This document shows positions 25,651 through 40,700 of a DNA stretch of 64,000 nucleotides, one piece after another. This DNA comes from the human T2T-CHM13v2.0 reference genome, Homo sapiens. Under the pieces are notes generated by a model. The model worked only from the letters and a program-made list of their open reading frames with translations. It was not told the origin of the DNA and did no database searches. A program made the translations under genes and the position numbers. The stretch lies in assembly GCF_009914755.1 (NCBI RefSeq), contig NC_060932.1. One strand, 5' to 3'. The stretch's first letter is position 1, and each line of letters starts with the position of its first letter.

Positions 25651-27618
25651 CCTAGTTAACAATTTTTAAAATTAAATTCTCTGTTTAAATAAATGGTGTG
25701 ACTTCTTTCTCCTGACTGGATACAGAGAATCATGGAACCTGTTTTTATTGTGGCAATCTTAATGGTCACTCTGAGCACATCACTGCCATATGATTATTTA
25801 GCCTTAGCAGGAATGTGTCTAATCATGAAAAGTTAATGCCTTCTGGAGTAGCCCCTCCCACTTTTAGTGGTTCTTAGGAAGGCTGCATAGCAACCCTTCA
25901 AATATTCCTTTTGTAGAAGATCACAAATCATCCCTTTAGTAATCTATTCCAGTATGATGCCCAAGGTCAAGTTCAAGCTGACAAGTCTATGGAATTTACT
26001 CCCTGCACCCCTGAGAAATTAAAACTCTCTTTGCCAAACATTTGGTATCTCTTCTGGTCTTTAGCAGTGCTCAGAGTTCATAGAGAAGGGATTAGCAGGC
26101 TGATCACAGGCTCTCTGAAAACCCTGGGAGATGGTCCAATCATAAGAATACTTTACTCATTAAAAGAGCAAAGTGTCCTCTTAGGAAATGCCTCATTCTT
26201 GTAGACACATTGAGTTGTCCCATGTGATTTTTGTTATTCCTTATCAAGACTCTATGTACTCCATACTATTTTAGTGCTTTTGTTTGCAGTGTAACTTAGC
26301 AATCCTCTTAATTGGCTTTAATAATATTTATCTTACATTGAGTTCTAGAATTACTAACAAAATTCCATCAAATCTGAGCCACTTTCCTTAATTTATTGTT
26401 GGTAGCCTATTTTTTACCTCTATGAAAATATTATCTTCTGAACCCTGAGATTTTCAGAAAGCACTGTGTAGGGGTTCCATTCATGACACATCCTAATCCC
26501 TTCTCACTTTCCTCCTCAAATAAAGCATTACTAATCAAGATCTGGTTTTAAGATTAGACATGTCTTTTCAACAATTTTATGCAGTGCGGGGTGCATTTCT
26601 ACCCTTCATTTACACAGCTATTGTAGAATCCTAAGATGATAATTCCAGAACTGAAAGGCCACTTGGACAACGGCATTACCAGGCACAATTCATGTAAATC
26701 CTCATTATTAGCCAATTTGAATGGATCTAAAAATAGTGTGAGTTGATTGGGAACCCTGGAAAGGATGATTGTAGGTAAATAATATTCATCTCACTAGGAA
26801 GGAATTTTAAACATTTTCCAGGTGGCACAACTGGTCCTTATCCTCCACTAACTGCAACTTCAAAATTTTCAAGGCCAGCAAGGTAATTTTTCCTGCCAGA
26901 ACTCTTCCCATATTGGTAAGTTAGAAATAGTGATAATAACTAATGAAATATGAAAATCCTCACTTAAAACAGAACCTCGACTTGGAAAACCAGAGGATGA
27001 TCATAATGCACCACTGTGAAAATCACTGTTCTTATTTCCAGAAACATTTCCTCTGGTGAAAAATAACTATGATGTGTATTTTCCTTATTGGAAGTGACTT
27101 CCATATAAAAGTGAACACATTTGCTTCTATATAAAAGGGAATACATGAAGGTTTTGAGCCTTCACTCTGAAGTAAAGTATATCTGTGGTCTGACAAGTGA
27201 GCAAGGTTTAGTTTTAAGAAAGTTACAAATCAAAGCTAAAATGAAGCAAAAATGCACTTAGGGGTTTCAGTGTCTATACTTAGGTAATCATGTTAAACAA
27301 TTAAATGTTCTAAAATATATTGTTTCCTCCACTTTCTGCCTTACCATAATTCTCTGCAATACAGAGAATGTTCTACTTGATGAATAAAACTCACAGACAT
27401 GCAAGCTTTAGATTATAAGCCCATCTTGGTCATGACTTATCTGCTCCCAAATATTAGACTGTAATAAGGATAATTCAAAGAGCAAAACAGACAATTCTTA
27501 AAGTGCAGTTTCACATACAGGTGGTGAGGATGCATGCCTCCATAGAAACAGTATTGTCTAAAAGAACCAAAAGTAGTGGTCAATATAGATGAATAGTACA
27601 GAAATATATAAATGCCCA

Positions 27619-27994
27619 TGTATTAGTTCGTTCTCACACTGCTATGAAGAAATACCCAAGATTGGGTAATTTATAAATGAAAGAGGTTTAATTGACTCAC
27701 GGTTCTGCATTGCTGGGGAGGCCTCCACAAACTTACAATCATGACAGAAGGCAAAAGAGAAACAGGCACCTCTTCACAGGGTGGCAGGATGGAGTGAGTG
27801 CAAGTAGGGGAAATGCCAGATGCTTACAAAACCATCAGATCCCATGAGACTTACTCACTATCATGAGAACAGCATGGGGGAAACCACCCCCATGATCTGA
27901 TTACTTCCACCTCATCCTGCCCTTGACATGTGGGGGTTATGGGAATTAAAATTCAAGAGGAGATTTTGGGTGGAGACACAGCCAAGCCATATCA
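27619..27994 (-). mobile_element. THE1D-like solo LTR
   Basis: TGTATTAGTTCGTTCTCACACTGCTATG...CAGCCAAGCCATATCA. Diverged TSD GCCCA/GCTAA. Confidence 0.9.
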
Positions 27995-29959
27995 GCTAAA
28001 GTTTTTAAAAAAGTTATTGATATTCATGGACTGAATTGTCTGCAGAGAATCCAGGAATAATTACCACTCCTCTGGCTTCTTTAGATGCCTGCATATCTGC
28101 TCAACCATCCACTGGTTTAGAAGGTAAAAGTCAAAATGTGTTTCTAGAATTCCTCCAAGTCAATTTTTTTCTTTCATTACTTTTCCCTATTTCATCGGTT
28201 TTCTTCCTCTTCTTTTTACCTTTTTTTGTTTCAGTTATATCTACCACTGAGTAAAAGATACCTCACTCCTGAAACTCAGGCCAATCCCCACCAAAGAGGA
28301 GAGGTGGATTATACAAAGTGAAAAAAAAAAAAAGAAATTTAGAGGTTATATATGTGAGACAACAGTTACTGACTATGTCACTTATTCTTATATCTACTGT
28401 CATACTATTTATTTAGATCTTACAAATATAAAAAAAGATAATTAAACACCTTTCTAAAAAAAATTGACCATTCTTAAAAAAGTATAAGCTTGGCAATTTA
28501 TAGGAAAAAGACTGCAAATAATCCCAAAAGATATATATCTTCCCTAATAATCAGAATCATCTCATGGGATATTAGCAATGGAATATAATTTCCTCACTCC
28601 TGGTTTCCATGAAGAGGCACATTCTCACATTCCTTGCACCTCTCTGTTCTTTATTTTCCTTTCCCCGGGGGAGTGGAAGTGAGTTGTTTGCAAAGTAAAC
28701 TCGTGAAGGGTTACCTCCTTTGCTTAGCTGAGCTCCAACCTCCTTCGCCACCATTTCCATCTTCTCCCTGCTCTGCTCACAGGAAGGGAGGTAAAGGTTG
28801 GTAGAAGACCAATGCTGCTGTGACTGATGAGTCAATCTTCTTATTCTGGGGCTTGCATAACATAAAAGTAGTGCATTTGGATCCCACGTTAATCCATCAC
28901 CTTCTAAACTGGCCTATATCAATTGTATAGATGTTAGTTTGGACTTGTCTTTATATTTACCTATTTGTTTATTGGAAAAGATGGATGCAGTTTATTGTCT
29001 TGTAGATCCTAACATATTGGTCATAATTTACATGCATGCTCCATTAACAGTCAATACATAGAGAGTTAAATATAATTATCACTGAGAGCTTGGATTTACA
29101 AAATTGAGCTTAACCAATCAGGATCTTAAAAACAGTTAAATAGAAATAAAAATCTCTTTAAATTGAAATATGGGTGTTGATCACCCTTTAAGACTTTAAT
29201 ACTTCATGTTCCCTTATATTTCCTCATTGGAGGGTTTCCAGAGCACTTAAGTTTGAATTAAATATTTTCTTTCCCAGTTCCTCTATTACATGTTATACTG
29301 TTAGTGTAGTGCTTGCCAAAATCCACCTTGTCATACAAGCATTTGTGTATTGTTTTCACTGGAAATCAGGGGCCCATGGGTTATTGTAATGATATGCTTC
29401 CAGTTTCTAGGTACATGCCCTGCATACCCAATAAGCATTTATAGAAATCAATTAAATCACAGTTTCCTTGGAAGATAACAAACAGCAAATAGTTGGATAA
29501 TAAAATCACATTTGTTCCACTTTACGAAATAGTTTTAGTTAGATTAGATGACTTTGCATTTTTTTTAACTCTGTAATGACCTATATCTCTATGACGTTTT
29601 ACGGAAATTTAATTTGTATAAATTAAAGTTCATCTAATGAATATTATTTAATGGAGCCGGCAGTGAATCATTCTATACATGAACAAATACTTGGTAATTG
29701 GAATAATTACTTCCTGTATCCCTTTTTCTGATATTCCTCTTAACATACGTGTTTCTTAAGTCTATTTTTTCCTATTATTCTTTTAAGAACTGCAGTGTAG
29801 ATATTATTTTTAGAGTGGCAGATAATTGACATAATGTGACTATCTCAATTTGTTGAAATTCTGTCCTTTAGGAACTGATGATCATAAGATCATAAGATGT
29901 AGGAACCTCCATTTAGTCAAGCATTTTATAAAGAACAAGTGATAACATAGAAGCCTCGA

Positions 29960-30175
29960 TACTATGGAAAGAACTAAAGGTTTATAATGAGAGAATCTGG
30001 CATATAACCCTGGACCAACCACTTATTAGTTGTAACTTTTGGCAAATAACTTATTGTGGATGATTTTCACATATGAAATTGGATGATTATTTCACTAGGT
30101 AATTGAGAAGATCAAGTAAGATTATTTATGTAAATATGCATTGCAAATTTAAAGCTTTATATAAACATTAATTGT
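29960..30175 (+). mobile_element. MIR
   Basis: CCACTTATTAGTTGTAACTTTTGGCAAATAACTT...ATGTAAATATGCATTG. Confidence 0.6.
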
Positions 30176-33100
30176 TAACATTATTTTTAAAATATCACAT
30201 TTGTAGATGTCTTTCTCTGGTCTCATTGTTACTACAAAGATGTTCATCTACTTGATGAATTCCCTCCCACATGGGCCTACTTCTCTGTTTATATATTATC
30301 TTAGGAAACACTTGTTTTAAAAGAACAAAAATGTACTCAAACTAGTATAAGTTAAAAAAAGCAATTAAATTATTAGGAAGATTGATACCAATCCTTAAGC
30401 AAGAATTTCTTATACTTTTTAAGAACTTTAATACTATCAGCAGACTCCATCAGTGTCCCGACATTAATTCTGAGGCAAAAAGAAAAATCTGATTGGAACC
30501 TTGTTTTACCAATGTTTGTACGCAAACTCACCTGGAAAAATTCATGAGCACCTTATTTCTACCAGTTAGAGGGAGTGCAGAATGGAAGCAAATACTCAAA
30601 GATTGTGATGAACATGGGAATGGACATGGACATTTTCACTCATGCTGTCTTAATTAACAGGATTATTGTTTATGGTCAGACTCTGGAGGCCTAACTTGAT
30701 TAACAGCGTAAATATGTATGTAGAATATCTCACCCAATATTAGCACACAATAGTCATTCAATAAATGGTAGCTTTTATCCCTGGTTTCACATATACTTAA
30801 AGGTAGGTATTTCAAAAACATCTATTGAGTAAATGAATTAGTGATTAATAAAAATTTAATAAAATCAAGTGAATGTACTAAAAGCAACTCAGTTTCCACT
30901 TATCTTCTTTTTTGTCCATAACTTAGGTCTCAGGATTAGAAGAGCTAATTTTCTGTAAAATCTGTCCTTATTACCAGTCTGTACCATCTTAGAGGAAATA
31001 TAATACTATTGAATATAATCATACTAAGAAGCTAAGGAAGCTATATTGAGTTTGGGAGGCTTTTGTGGACTTTCCTAAATAATCAGGTTTAAGTGTTCAA
31101 AGTGAGAAAATTCTGAAAAGCATAACGTTTTCATATATGTTACCCTGATTGTGTTGCTAAATGCTTTGCATTTTTCATCAGGTGATAAATATTTTTTGGG
31201 AAAGAACTTGGAAAAGATAATGAAGACCAGTCAAAGTACAAATAACATGAACTAGGAAACTCAGGGGATTCTTCCCAGCTCTGTCATATGAGAAGATGAC
31301 CAAAAAACTTGGTCTCACTGAATCTTGGTTTCTTAACCTATAAAATAGTTATACAAAAAGTTCTTTCTCTATTCATTGTCAGGGCACATATACACTGAAT
31401 ACACAATAAATTTCCTAGATCGCACTCAAAATTCCACTATTTTTTAAATCACTTTCCTCAGGAGATCTACCACTTGGTATGGACCACCTTTAAGGGAAGG
31501 GAAACACAGCCTGCCAAAGATCCCCTTGGGATAAGGAAACACAGGAGGAGGGCTGACCACTGAAAGTTAGCACTGATGCCTGGGGACAAAGGAGAGGGTG
31601 TCTTCTCCCCCTACCCTAAAACACTATTGTGGAATGTTCCCGATGTAGCCACAGTTCTTCCTACCAGGGGCTGCTACGTAATCAAAGAAAGTGCTTTTCA
31701 TACTTTTCATGGTGGCTCCATCCCTCTGAATGTGAGCCTGTGCACACTTGGACTTTCGAGAAGGGTGGGGCCCTTCTCACCCTCCTTACACAGAGTGGTA
31801 GCACCTTGGCAATGGAGGACATACCATGGAGTTGCCTGCCCAAGCCCCATTTGGAGTTGGGCTCTGTCCCAAGCCCCATTTTAATGGTAGCTGACACGGG
31901 TAACCATGGCCTGCAGCAGCTACACTCAGGCAGGGTGCAGGTGAATGAACAAAAGGAAAAGCCTTTATAAATAGAAGGTCATGAGCCCAATGAGAGAGGT
32001 GTGATAGAGAAGTGGATTATGTTTCTGCCAGCTCAGGATGAGGAGCTGTTGTACCCTACCCTATCCCTTATCCCAAGACCTCAGTGTACGCCCCCCCATT
32101 AAAATCTCTTCCCACAACCCCCATCAGGGTGGGCAAGTACACTCAGCACCAGTCTACCTGCAAGCTCTCACTCTTAAAGCACCATATACTGGACTGCAGC
32201 CTACATTGCACCACCAAACAAAAATCCTGCTACCAGAGGGCTTAGTGATAGTCCATGAGATAAGCCTCCTGAGACTTCCACACCCTTAGCCTCACAGGGT
32301 TGGCCCTTATATCCAAAACACCATTATAACAAACAGCATATGAGAAAGCCACTGCACAGAAGCTACCTGCAACCAAGGAACCCATACAGAGCCTTGACCC
32401 ACTGAAAATGCATAGAAATTAAGCCAAAAAACCATACACAACATAAAACACATTTATACACTCAAGAAAAAAAGAATTTTTAAAAATAATCCAAACAATA
32501 TCAAATTTAAAAAAAGAAGTAACAGCTCTCTGAGATGAAAAGGAATCAGCAAAAGAACGCTGGCAGTACAAAAAGGCAGAGTGTTGTGACACCACCAAAG
32601 GATCACACTAGCTCTGTAGCAATAACAGATCCTAACCCAATTGAAATATCTGAAGTGATAGATAAAGAATTCAAATATGAATGGCAAAGAAACTCAATTA
32701 GATCCAAGAGAAAGTTGGAATCTAACACAAAGAAAGCAGGAAAACAATTCAGGTTATGAAAGATGGCATAGCTATATTAAGAAAAATCAACCAAAAGAAC
32801 TTCTGGAACTGAAAAATTCACTAGAGCAGTTTCAAAATTCAGTTGAAAGCTTTAACTCTAGACTAGACCAAGCAGAATAAAGAATTTCAGAACTTGAGGA
32901 CTAATCTTTCAAATTAACTCAGTCAGACAAAAATAAAGAAAAAAAATTAAAAGAATAAACAAAGCCTTCGAGAAATATAGGATTATGTAAAGTGACAAAA
33001 CCTATGACTTTTTGTCATTTCTGAGAGAGTAGGATAAAAAGTAAGCAACTTGGAAAATATATCTAAGGAAATAATTCAGGAAAACTTCCCTAATCTTGCT

Positions 33101-33364
33101 AGAGAGTCAATATTCAGATAGAAGAAATCCAGATAATGCCTATGAGATACTGTGTTATACAACAATCCCCAAGGCATATAGTCATCACACTATCCAAGGT
33201 CCAAGCAAAAGACAAAAAATTTAAAGTTAGCTAGAGAAAAGGGCCAAATTACATATAAAGGAATTCTCATCAGACTTACAGTGTACTTCTCAGAACAAAC
33301 CTTACAAGCCAGAAAAAATTGGGGGCCTATTTTTAGCCTTCTTTAAAAAAAAAGCCAACCAAGA

Positions 33365-35606
33365 TGATATGCTTTGACTGTGTCCCCACCAAAATCTCAT
33401 CTTGAATTGTAGTTCTCATAATCCCCATGTGTCATGGGAGGGACCTGGTGGCAGGTAATGGAATCATGGGGGTGGTTACACCAGTGCTGCTGTTCTCATG
33501 GTAGTAAGTGAATTCTCTCAAGATGTGATGGTTCTGTAAGGGGCTTTTCCCTGTTTTGCTCGGCACTTCTCCTTGCTGCTGCCACGTGAAGAAGTACATG
33601 TTTGCTTCCCCTTCTACCATGATTTTAAGTTTCCTGAGGCCTTCCCAGCCCTGCAGAATTGTGAGTCAATTAAACCTCTTTCCTTTATACATTACCCAGT
33701 CTCAGGTATGTCTTTATTAGCAGAGTGAGAATGAACTAATACGGTAAGTTGGTACCTGGAATGGGGTGCTGCTGTAAAGATACCTGAAAATGTGGACGCA
33801 ACTTTGAAACTGGGTAACAGGCAGAGATTGGAACAGTTTAGAAGACTCAGAAGAAGATAGGAAAATGTGGGAAAATTTGGAACTTCCTAGATATTTGTTG
33901 AATGGCTTTGACCAAAATGCTAATAGTGATATGGACAATAAGGTCCAGGCTGAGGTGGTCTCAAATGGAGATGAGGAACTTATTGGGAACTGGAGTAAAG
34001 GTCACTCTTGCTATGCAAAGAAACTGGAGGCATTTTGCCCCTGGTCCAGAGATCTGTGGAATTTTGAACTTGAGAGAGATGAGTATCTGGGAGAAGAAAT
34101 TTCTAAGCAGCAAAGCATTAGACAGGGAAAAGAGCATAAAAGTTTGGAAAATTTGCAGCCTGATGATGCAATAGAAAAGAAAACCCCATTTTCTGGGAAG
34201 AAATTCAAGCTGGCTGCAAACATTTGCATAAGTAACAAGAAGCCAAATGTTAACCACCAAGATATTGGGGAAAATGTCTCCAGGATATGTCAGAGACTTT
34301 CACAGCAACCCCTCCTATCACAGGCCCAGAGGCCTAGGAGGGAAAAATGGTTTCCTGGACCAGGTCCAGGGCCACCCTGCTGTGTGCAGCCTTGAGACTT
34401 GCTGTCCTGTGTCCCAGCTGCTCCAGCTGGGGCTAAATAGGGCCAAAGTGCAACTCAGGCCATTGCTTCAGAGGGGGCAAGCCCCAAGCCTTGGAGGCTT
34501 CCATGTGGTGGTGGGCCTACAGGTGCACAGAAGTCAAGAATTAAGGTTGGGGAACCTCCAGCTAGATTTCAAAGAATGTATGGAAATGCCTGGATATCCA
34601 GGAAAAAGCTTGCTACAGAGGTGGAGCCCTCATGGAGAACATCTGCGAGGGCAGTGCACAAAAGAAATAGGGGATTGGAGCCCCACATAGAGTCCCCACT
34701 GAGGAACTGCCTAGTGGAGCTATGAGAAGAGGGCTGCCATCCTTCAGACCCCAGAATGGTAGATCCACTGACAACTTGCACTGTGTACTTGTAAAAGCTG
34801 TAGACACTCAATGCCACCCCATGAAAAAAGCCAGGAGGGGGCTGTACCTTGCAAAGCCACAGGGGCAGAGCTGCTCAAGGCTGTGGGATCCCACCTCCTG
34901 CATCAGCATGATCTGGATGTGAGACATGGAGTCAAAGGAGATCATTTTGGAGCTTTAATATTTGACTGCCCTGCTATATTTTGGACTTGCATGGGGCCTG
35001 TATCCCCTTCATTTGAGTCAATTTCTCCCATTTGGAATAAGTGTATTTACCCAATGCCTGTACCATCACTGTATATGGGAAGTAACTAACTTGCTTTTGA
35101 TTTTACAGGCTCATAGGTGAAAGGGATTTGCTTTGTCTCAGATGAGACTTTGGAGTTTTGTGTTAATGCTGGAATGAGTTAAAACTTTGGGGGACTGTTG
35201 GGAGGATATGAGAATTGGTGCCAGGGGAAGAATTATAAGGCTTGGCTGTGTTCCCACCCAAATCTCATCTTGAATTGTAGTTCCCATAATCCCCACATAT
35301 CGTGGGAAGAACCCACTGTGAGGTAATTGAATCATGGGGACAATTACTCCCATTCTGCTGTTCTTGTGATAGTGAGTTCTCACAAGTTCTGGTAGTTTTA
35401 CAAGGAGCTTTTCCCCCTTTTGCTTGGCACTTCTCCTTGCTGTCACCATGTGAAGAACGACTTGTATGCTTCCCCTTCTACCCATTATTGTAAGTTGCCT
35501 GAGGCCTTCTCCTCCCTGCAGAACTGTGAGTCTATTAAATGTCTTTCCTTTTTAAATTACCCAGTCTCAGATATGTCTTTATTAGACATGAGAACAGACT
35601 AATACA
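33365..35606 (+). mobile_element. Full-length THE1 (C/D-like) provirus: LTR 33365-33743, internal 33744-35232, LTR 35233-35606
   Basis: Two THE1 LTRs flank MaLR-internal sequence with a 176-aa ORF remnant (MWENLELPRYLLNGFDQNA...). Inserted in L1 ORF1. Confidence 0.92.
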
Positions 35607-37059
35607 TACAAATTTTATATTCCTGGCAAATGAAGCTTCATAATGAAAGTGAAATAAAGTCTTTCCCAGAAAAACAAACACCAAGGGAATTAATCACATC
35701 AAAATTGGCCCTACAAGGAATGCTTAAGGAAGTTTTAAACATGGAAACAAAAGAACAATACTTGCTATTATAAAAGCACACATAAATACGAAGCCTCAGA
35801 CCCTATAAAGTCATCACACAATGAAGACTACAAAGCAACTAACTAATAGCAATAAGACAGGAACAAAACCATGCATATCAATATTAACCATGAACACGAA
35901 CAGTATAAATGCTCTACTCAAAAGAAAGAGTGGCAAATCGAATGAAAACAACAACGACGACAACAACAAGAACCTATCTGCTGCCTTGAAGAGTAACATC
36001 TTCCATATAATGCTACCCATAGGCTCAAAGTAGAGGGAAGTCTAAAGATATTTAAGCAAATGGTAAACAAAAAAGCCCAGAGTTTACAATCTTTGTGTCA
36101 GATGAAAGAGACTTTAAACCAACAACAGTGAAAGAAAAAAAAAAAAGACAAAGATGGGTGTTATATAATGATAAGGTGTTCACGTTAACAAGAAAATCTA
36201 ACCATCCTAAATATATATGCACCCAACATCAGAGCACTCGATTTATAAAATAAATACTACTAGATCTAAGGAAAGAAACAGACAGCCATACAGTAATAGT
36301 GGGGGTCTTTAACACCTCACTTAGAGCATTAGACAGTATGAAGCAGAAAAATTACAAAGAGATTCTGGACTTAAATTGGACTCTGGACCAAACACACCTA
36401 AAAGATATCTACAGAATAGTCCACTCAACAACCACAGAGTATTTCTTCTTCTCATCTGCCCTTGAAACATTCTCTAAGATTGACCACATGCTCAGTCATA
36501 AAGCAAACCTCAATAAAAAAATAAATAAAAATAAAAATCATATCAAGCCTCTTATTGGATCACAGTGGAATAAAATTAGAAATTAATACCAAGAGGAACA
36601 CTTTAAACCACACAAATACCTGGAAACCAAACAACTTGCTGCTGAATGACCTTTGGATAAACAACAAAATTAAGGCAGAAATCACAACATATTTCAAAAC
36701 AAAACAGAGACACAACATACGAAAGCCTCTGGGATGCAGCTAAAGCAGTGTTGAGAAGAATGTTTTTAGTGCTAAATGCCTACATTAAAAAGATAGAAAG
36801 ATCAAATTAACAATCTAACCTGGCGCCTAAAGGAACTAGAAAAACAAGAACAAACTAAACTTAAAGTTAGCACAAGAAAAAAAAAAACTAAATGGAACTG
36901 AGACCAAGAAAAACATACAAAGGATCAACAAAATGAAAAGTTGGTTCTTTGAAGTAATAAACAAGGTTGATAGATTGCTGGTTACATTAACCAAGAAAAA
37001 AAAAAGAGAGAAAAGATCCAAACAAATATAATGAGAAATGACAAAGTTGACATTAGAAA

Positions 37060-37750
37060 TGAAACTACCATTGCAAAATTATAACTGAGACAGTAGAAGA
37101 GATCTGACCTAACCATCTCTATCTTGCTTCTAATCTCCATGCTGTTCTCATTCATTCCTGGGAGCCAGCTGAACTAACTTTCACAGGAACTTAATTTATA
37201 ACTTATAGTTTAAAACAAAGACAATAATAGCCATTAACCAAAACAAACCTCCTTCTTGCCTGGGGACTAGATTGCCTTTGTAGGACTAACAGATTAACCA
37301 GAAGATTGGAAATAATGGCTTAGGAGTCATGCAGCTGGAGTCTACAAGATTCTGACCCTCTCAAAACTGCTCCTAAGATCAGTGCTTGAGATATTTTGCA
37401 GATCCTGCACTTGATGGATTAGCTGGCACCACCCAGATCAATAAACTGGCTCTTCTGATCTTTTGGCCCCCACCCAGGAACTGACTCAGTGCAAGAGGAT
37501 CAACTCCCTATGATTTCATCTCCAATCCAACCAATCAGCACTCTCGACTCACTGTCCTTCATCCACTCACTAAATTATCCTTAAAAACTCTGATCCCCAA
37601 ATACTCGAATATTTGATTGGAGTAATAATAAAACTCTGGTCTCTCACACAGCTGGCTCTGTGTGAATTATTTTCTTCATTGCAATTCCCATGTTTTGATC
37701 AGTCAGCTCTGTCTGGGGAATGGGCAAGATGTACACGTTGGACAGTTACA
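37060..37750 (+). mobile_element. LTR8-family (ERV1) solo LTR inside L1 ORF2
   Basis: TGAAACTACCATTGCAAAATTATAACTGAGAC...GTTGGACAGTTACA. AATAAA signal near 37626. TSD GAAA/TAAA. Confidence 0.88.
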
Positions 37751-40700
37751 TAAAGGTTACCACAGAAATACCAAAGATCCTCAGAGACTACTATGAACAT
37801 CTCTATGCACAGAGACTAGAAAACCTAGATGAAATGGATAATTTCCCAAAAACACACAATGTCCCAAGACTGAACCAGGAAGAAACTGGAATCCTGAATA
37901 GACTAATAACAAATTATGAGATTGAATCAGTAATAAAAAAAGATTATGAGACTGAATCAGTAAATAAAAAAATCTACCAACCAGAAAAAGCCCTGGACCA
38001 AATGGATTCATGGCCTAATTCTACCAAACATACAAAGAAGTGGTATCAATCTTAATTAAACTATTCCAAAAAAAAAAAAAAATCAAGGAGGAGGGACTCC
38101 TTTCTCACTCATTCTATGAAACTAGTATCATTCTAATACAAAAATCCAGCAAGGACAAAACAAAAAGAAAACTACAAGCCAATATCCCTGATGGACCTAG
38201 ATGCAAAAGTCCTCAACAAAATACTAGCAATCTAAATCCAGCATCACATCAAAAAAAGTAACTTACCACTACCAGGTGGTAAGTTTATTCCTGTAATGTA
38301 AGGATAATTCAATGTATACAAATCAATAAATGTGCTTCAACACATAAACAAAATTAAAAACAAAACCTATATAATCATCTCAACAGACACAAAAAGGATT
38401 TGATAAAATCTGACATCTCTTCAAGAATGGAACCCTCAACACTAGATATAGAAGGAATATACCTCAAAATAATAAGAGCCATCTATGACAAACCTACGGC
38501 CAACATCATACTGAGTGGGCAAAGTTGGAAGCAGAACCAGAGCAAAACAAGGATATCCATTCTCACCACTCATATTCAACATAGTACTGGATGTTCTAGC
38601 CAGAGCAATCAGACAAGTAAAAGAAACGAAAGGCATCCAAATAGGGAGAGAAAGTCAAATTTTCTCTTTGCTAGTGGTATGATTTCATATGTAGGATACC
38701 CTAAAGATTCCTCCAAAAGACTCATAGATCTAATCAATGACTTCAGTGAAGTTTCAGGGTACAAAATCAATGTACAAAAATCAGTAGCATTTTGATACAT
38801 CAATAATGTCTAAGCTGAGAAACAAATAAATAATGCAATCCCATTTACAATAGCCACAAAAAATAAAATATCTAGGAATACCTTTAACCAAGGAGGTAAA
38901 ATATCTCTACAAGAAGAACTACAAAACACTGCTTAAAGAAATCACAGATGACACAAAGAAATGGAAAACATTTCATGTGTGGATTGGAAGAATCAATATC
39001 ACTAAAATGACCATACTCCCCAAAGCAATCTACAGATTCAACAATCTACAGATTCAAGACAATTTCTATCAAATCACCAATGCCACTTTTCACAGTCAGG
39101 AAAAACAATTCTAAAATTTATATGAAACCAAAGAATAGCTTAAATAGCCAAAGCAATCCTAAATAAAAAGAACAGAACTGGAGGCATCACATTACTTGAC
39201 TTCAAACTATTCTGCAAGGTTATAGTAACCAAAACAGCATGGTATTTGTACAACCAAATAGAGAAATACATCAATGGAACAGAATAGATAACCCAGACAT
39301 AAAGTGACACACCTACAACCAACTCAGGTTTGACAAAGTTGACCCAAATAAATCACGGGCAAAGGACACCTTATTCAATAAATGGTGCTGGGAAAACTGG
39401 CTAGCCATATGCAGAAAAAAGAAACTGGGCACCTACCTCTCACCATGCAAAAATTAAGTCAAGATGGATTAAAGATTTCAATATAATTCCTCAAACCATA
39501 AAAATCCTAGAGGTAAATCCAGGAAAAACTTTCTCAACATTGGCCTAGGCAATAAATTTATGACTAAGACCTCAAAAGCAAATGTAACAAAACAAAAAAT
39601 TGACAGTTGGGACTTAACTAAAGAGCATCTGCACAGCAAAATAAACAATCAACAGAATAAACAGACAACCTACAGAATGGCAGAAAATATTTGCAAAGTA
39701 CACATCCAACAAAGGACTAATATCAAGAATCTATAAGAAACTTAAACAAATTAATAAGAAAAAAACACTGATAAGCCCATTAAAAAGTGGGCAAAGGACA
39801 TGAACAGATAATTCCCAAAGGAAGTCATATAAGCAGTCAACAAACATATGAAAAAATACTCAACATCACTTTTCATCAGAGAAATGCAAATTAAAACCAC
39901 AATGAGATACCATCTTACACCAGTCAGAATGACTATTACTAAACAGTAGAAAAATAACAAATGTTGGTGAGGATATGGAGAAAAGGGAGCACTAATACAC
40001 TGTTGGTGGGATGTAAATTAGTTCAACCCCTATGGAAAACAGTATGCAGATTTCTCAAAGACCTAAAAACAGAATTACCATTTGATCTAGAAATCCCACT
40101 ACCAGTAATTGCCCAAAGAAAAAGAAATCCTTCTAACAAAAAGACACCTGCTTTTTCTCAACATGTTTATCTCAGCACTATTCGCAATAGCAAAGTCATG
40201 GAATCAACCTAAGTGCCTATCAATGGTGAATTGGATCAAGAAAATGTGGTACATATACCCCATCAAATATTACACAGCCGTAATAAAGAATGGAATTCTG
40301 TCCTTTGCAGCAACATAGATGCAACTGGAGGCCATTATCCTAAGTGATCTAATGGAGAAACAGAAAAGCAAATACCCCATGTTCTCTGTTATACCTGGGA
40401 GCTAAACAATGGGTACACATGGACATAAACATGGGAACAATAGACACTGGGTACTGCTAGAGTGGGGAGGGAGAGAGAGGGTCAATGGTTGAAAAACTAT
40501 TGGGTACTACGCTCACTACCTGAGTGATGGGTTCAATAGAAGCCCAAACCCCAGAATTATGCAATGCACCCTTGTAACAAACCTGCACATGTACCCCTTG
40601 AATCTAAAATAAATAATGTAAATAAAAAGTAATAAAAACAAAAACTATTAAATGAATCAAGAAAATATCTGTGACTTCAAAACAGAAATGTAAAGAAAAC

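Larger units (their letters stand above)
24240..25722 (+). mobile_element. ERVL LTR (LTR41/LTR33-like), interrupted by MLT1B
   Basis: CTACCAATAGGGGGTGCCAGAGG motif. The 3' end TAAATTCTCTGTTTAAATAAATGGTGTG...CTCCTGACTGGATAC resumes after the MLT1. Confidence 0.6.
31460..40640 (+). mobile_element. Near-full-length old primate L1 (L1PA16/L1PB4-like) carrying nested THE1 and LTR8
   Basis: GC-richer 5'UTR. ORF1 N-terminus at 32535 (MKRNQQK...PPKDHTSS). ORF2 fragments ([38 protein letters not shown]). 3'UTR ends CCTGCACATGTACCCCTTGAATCTAAAATAAA. The 5' boundary is approximate. Confidence 0.88.

Noticed and set aside
33865-34395. 176-aa ORF as a host gene
   Set aside because: It is the THE1/MaLR internal ORF remnant. 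A homologous decayed frame occurs in the provirus at 19198-19425.
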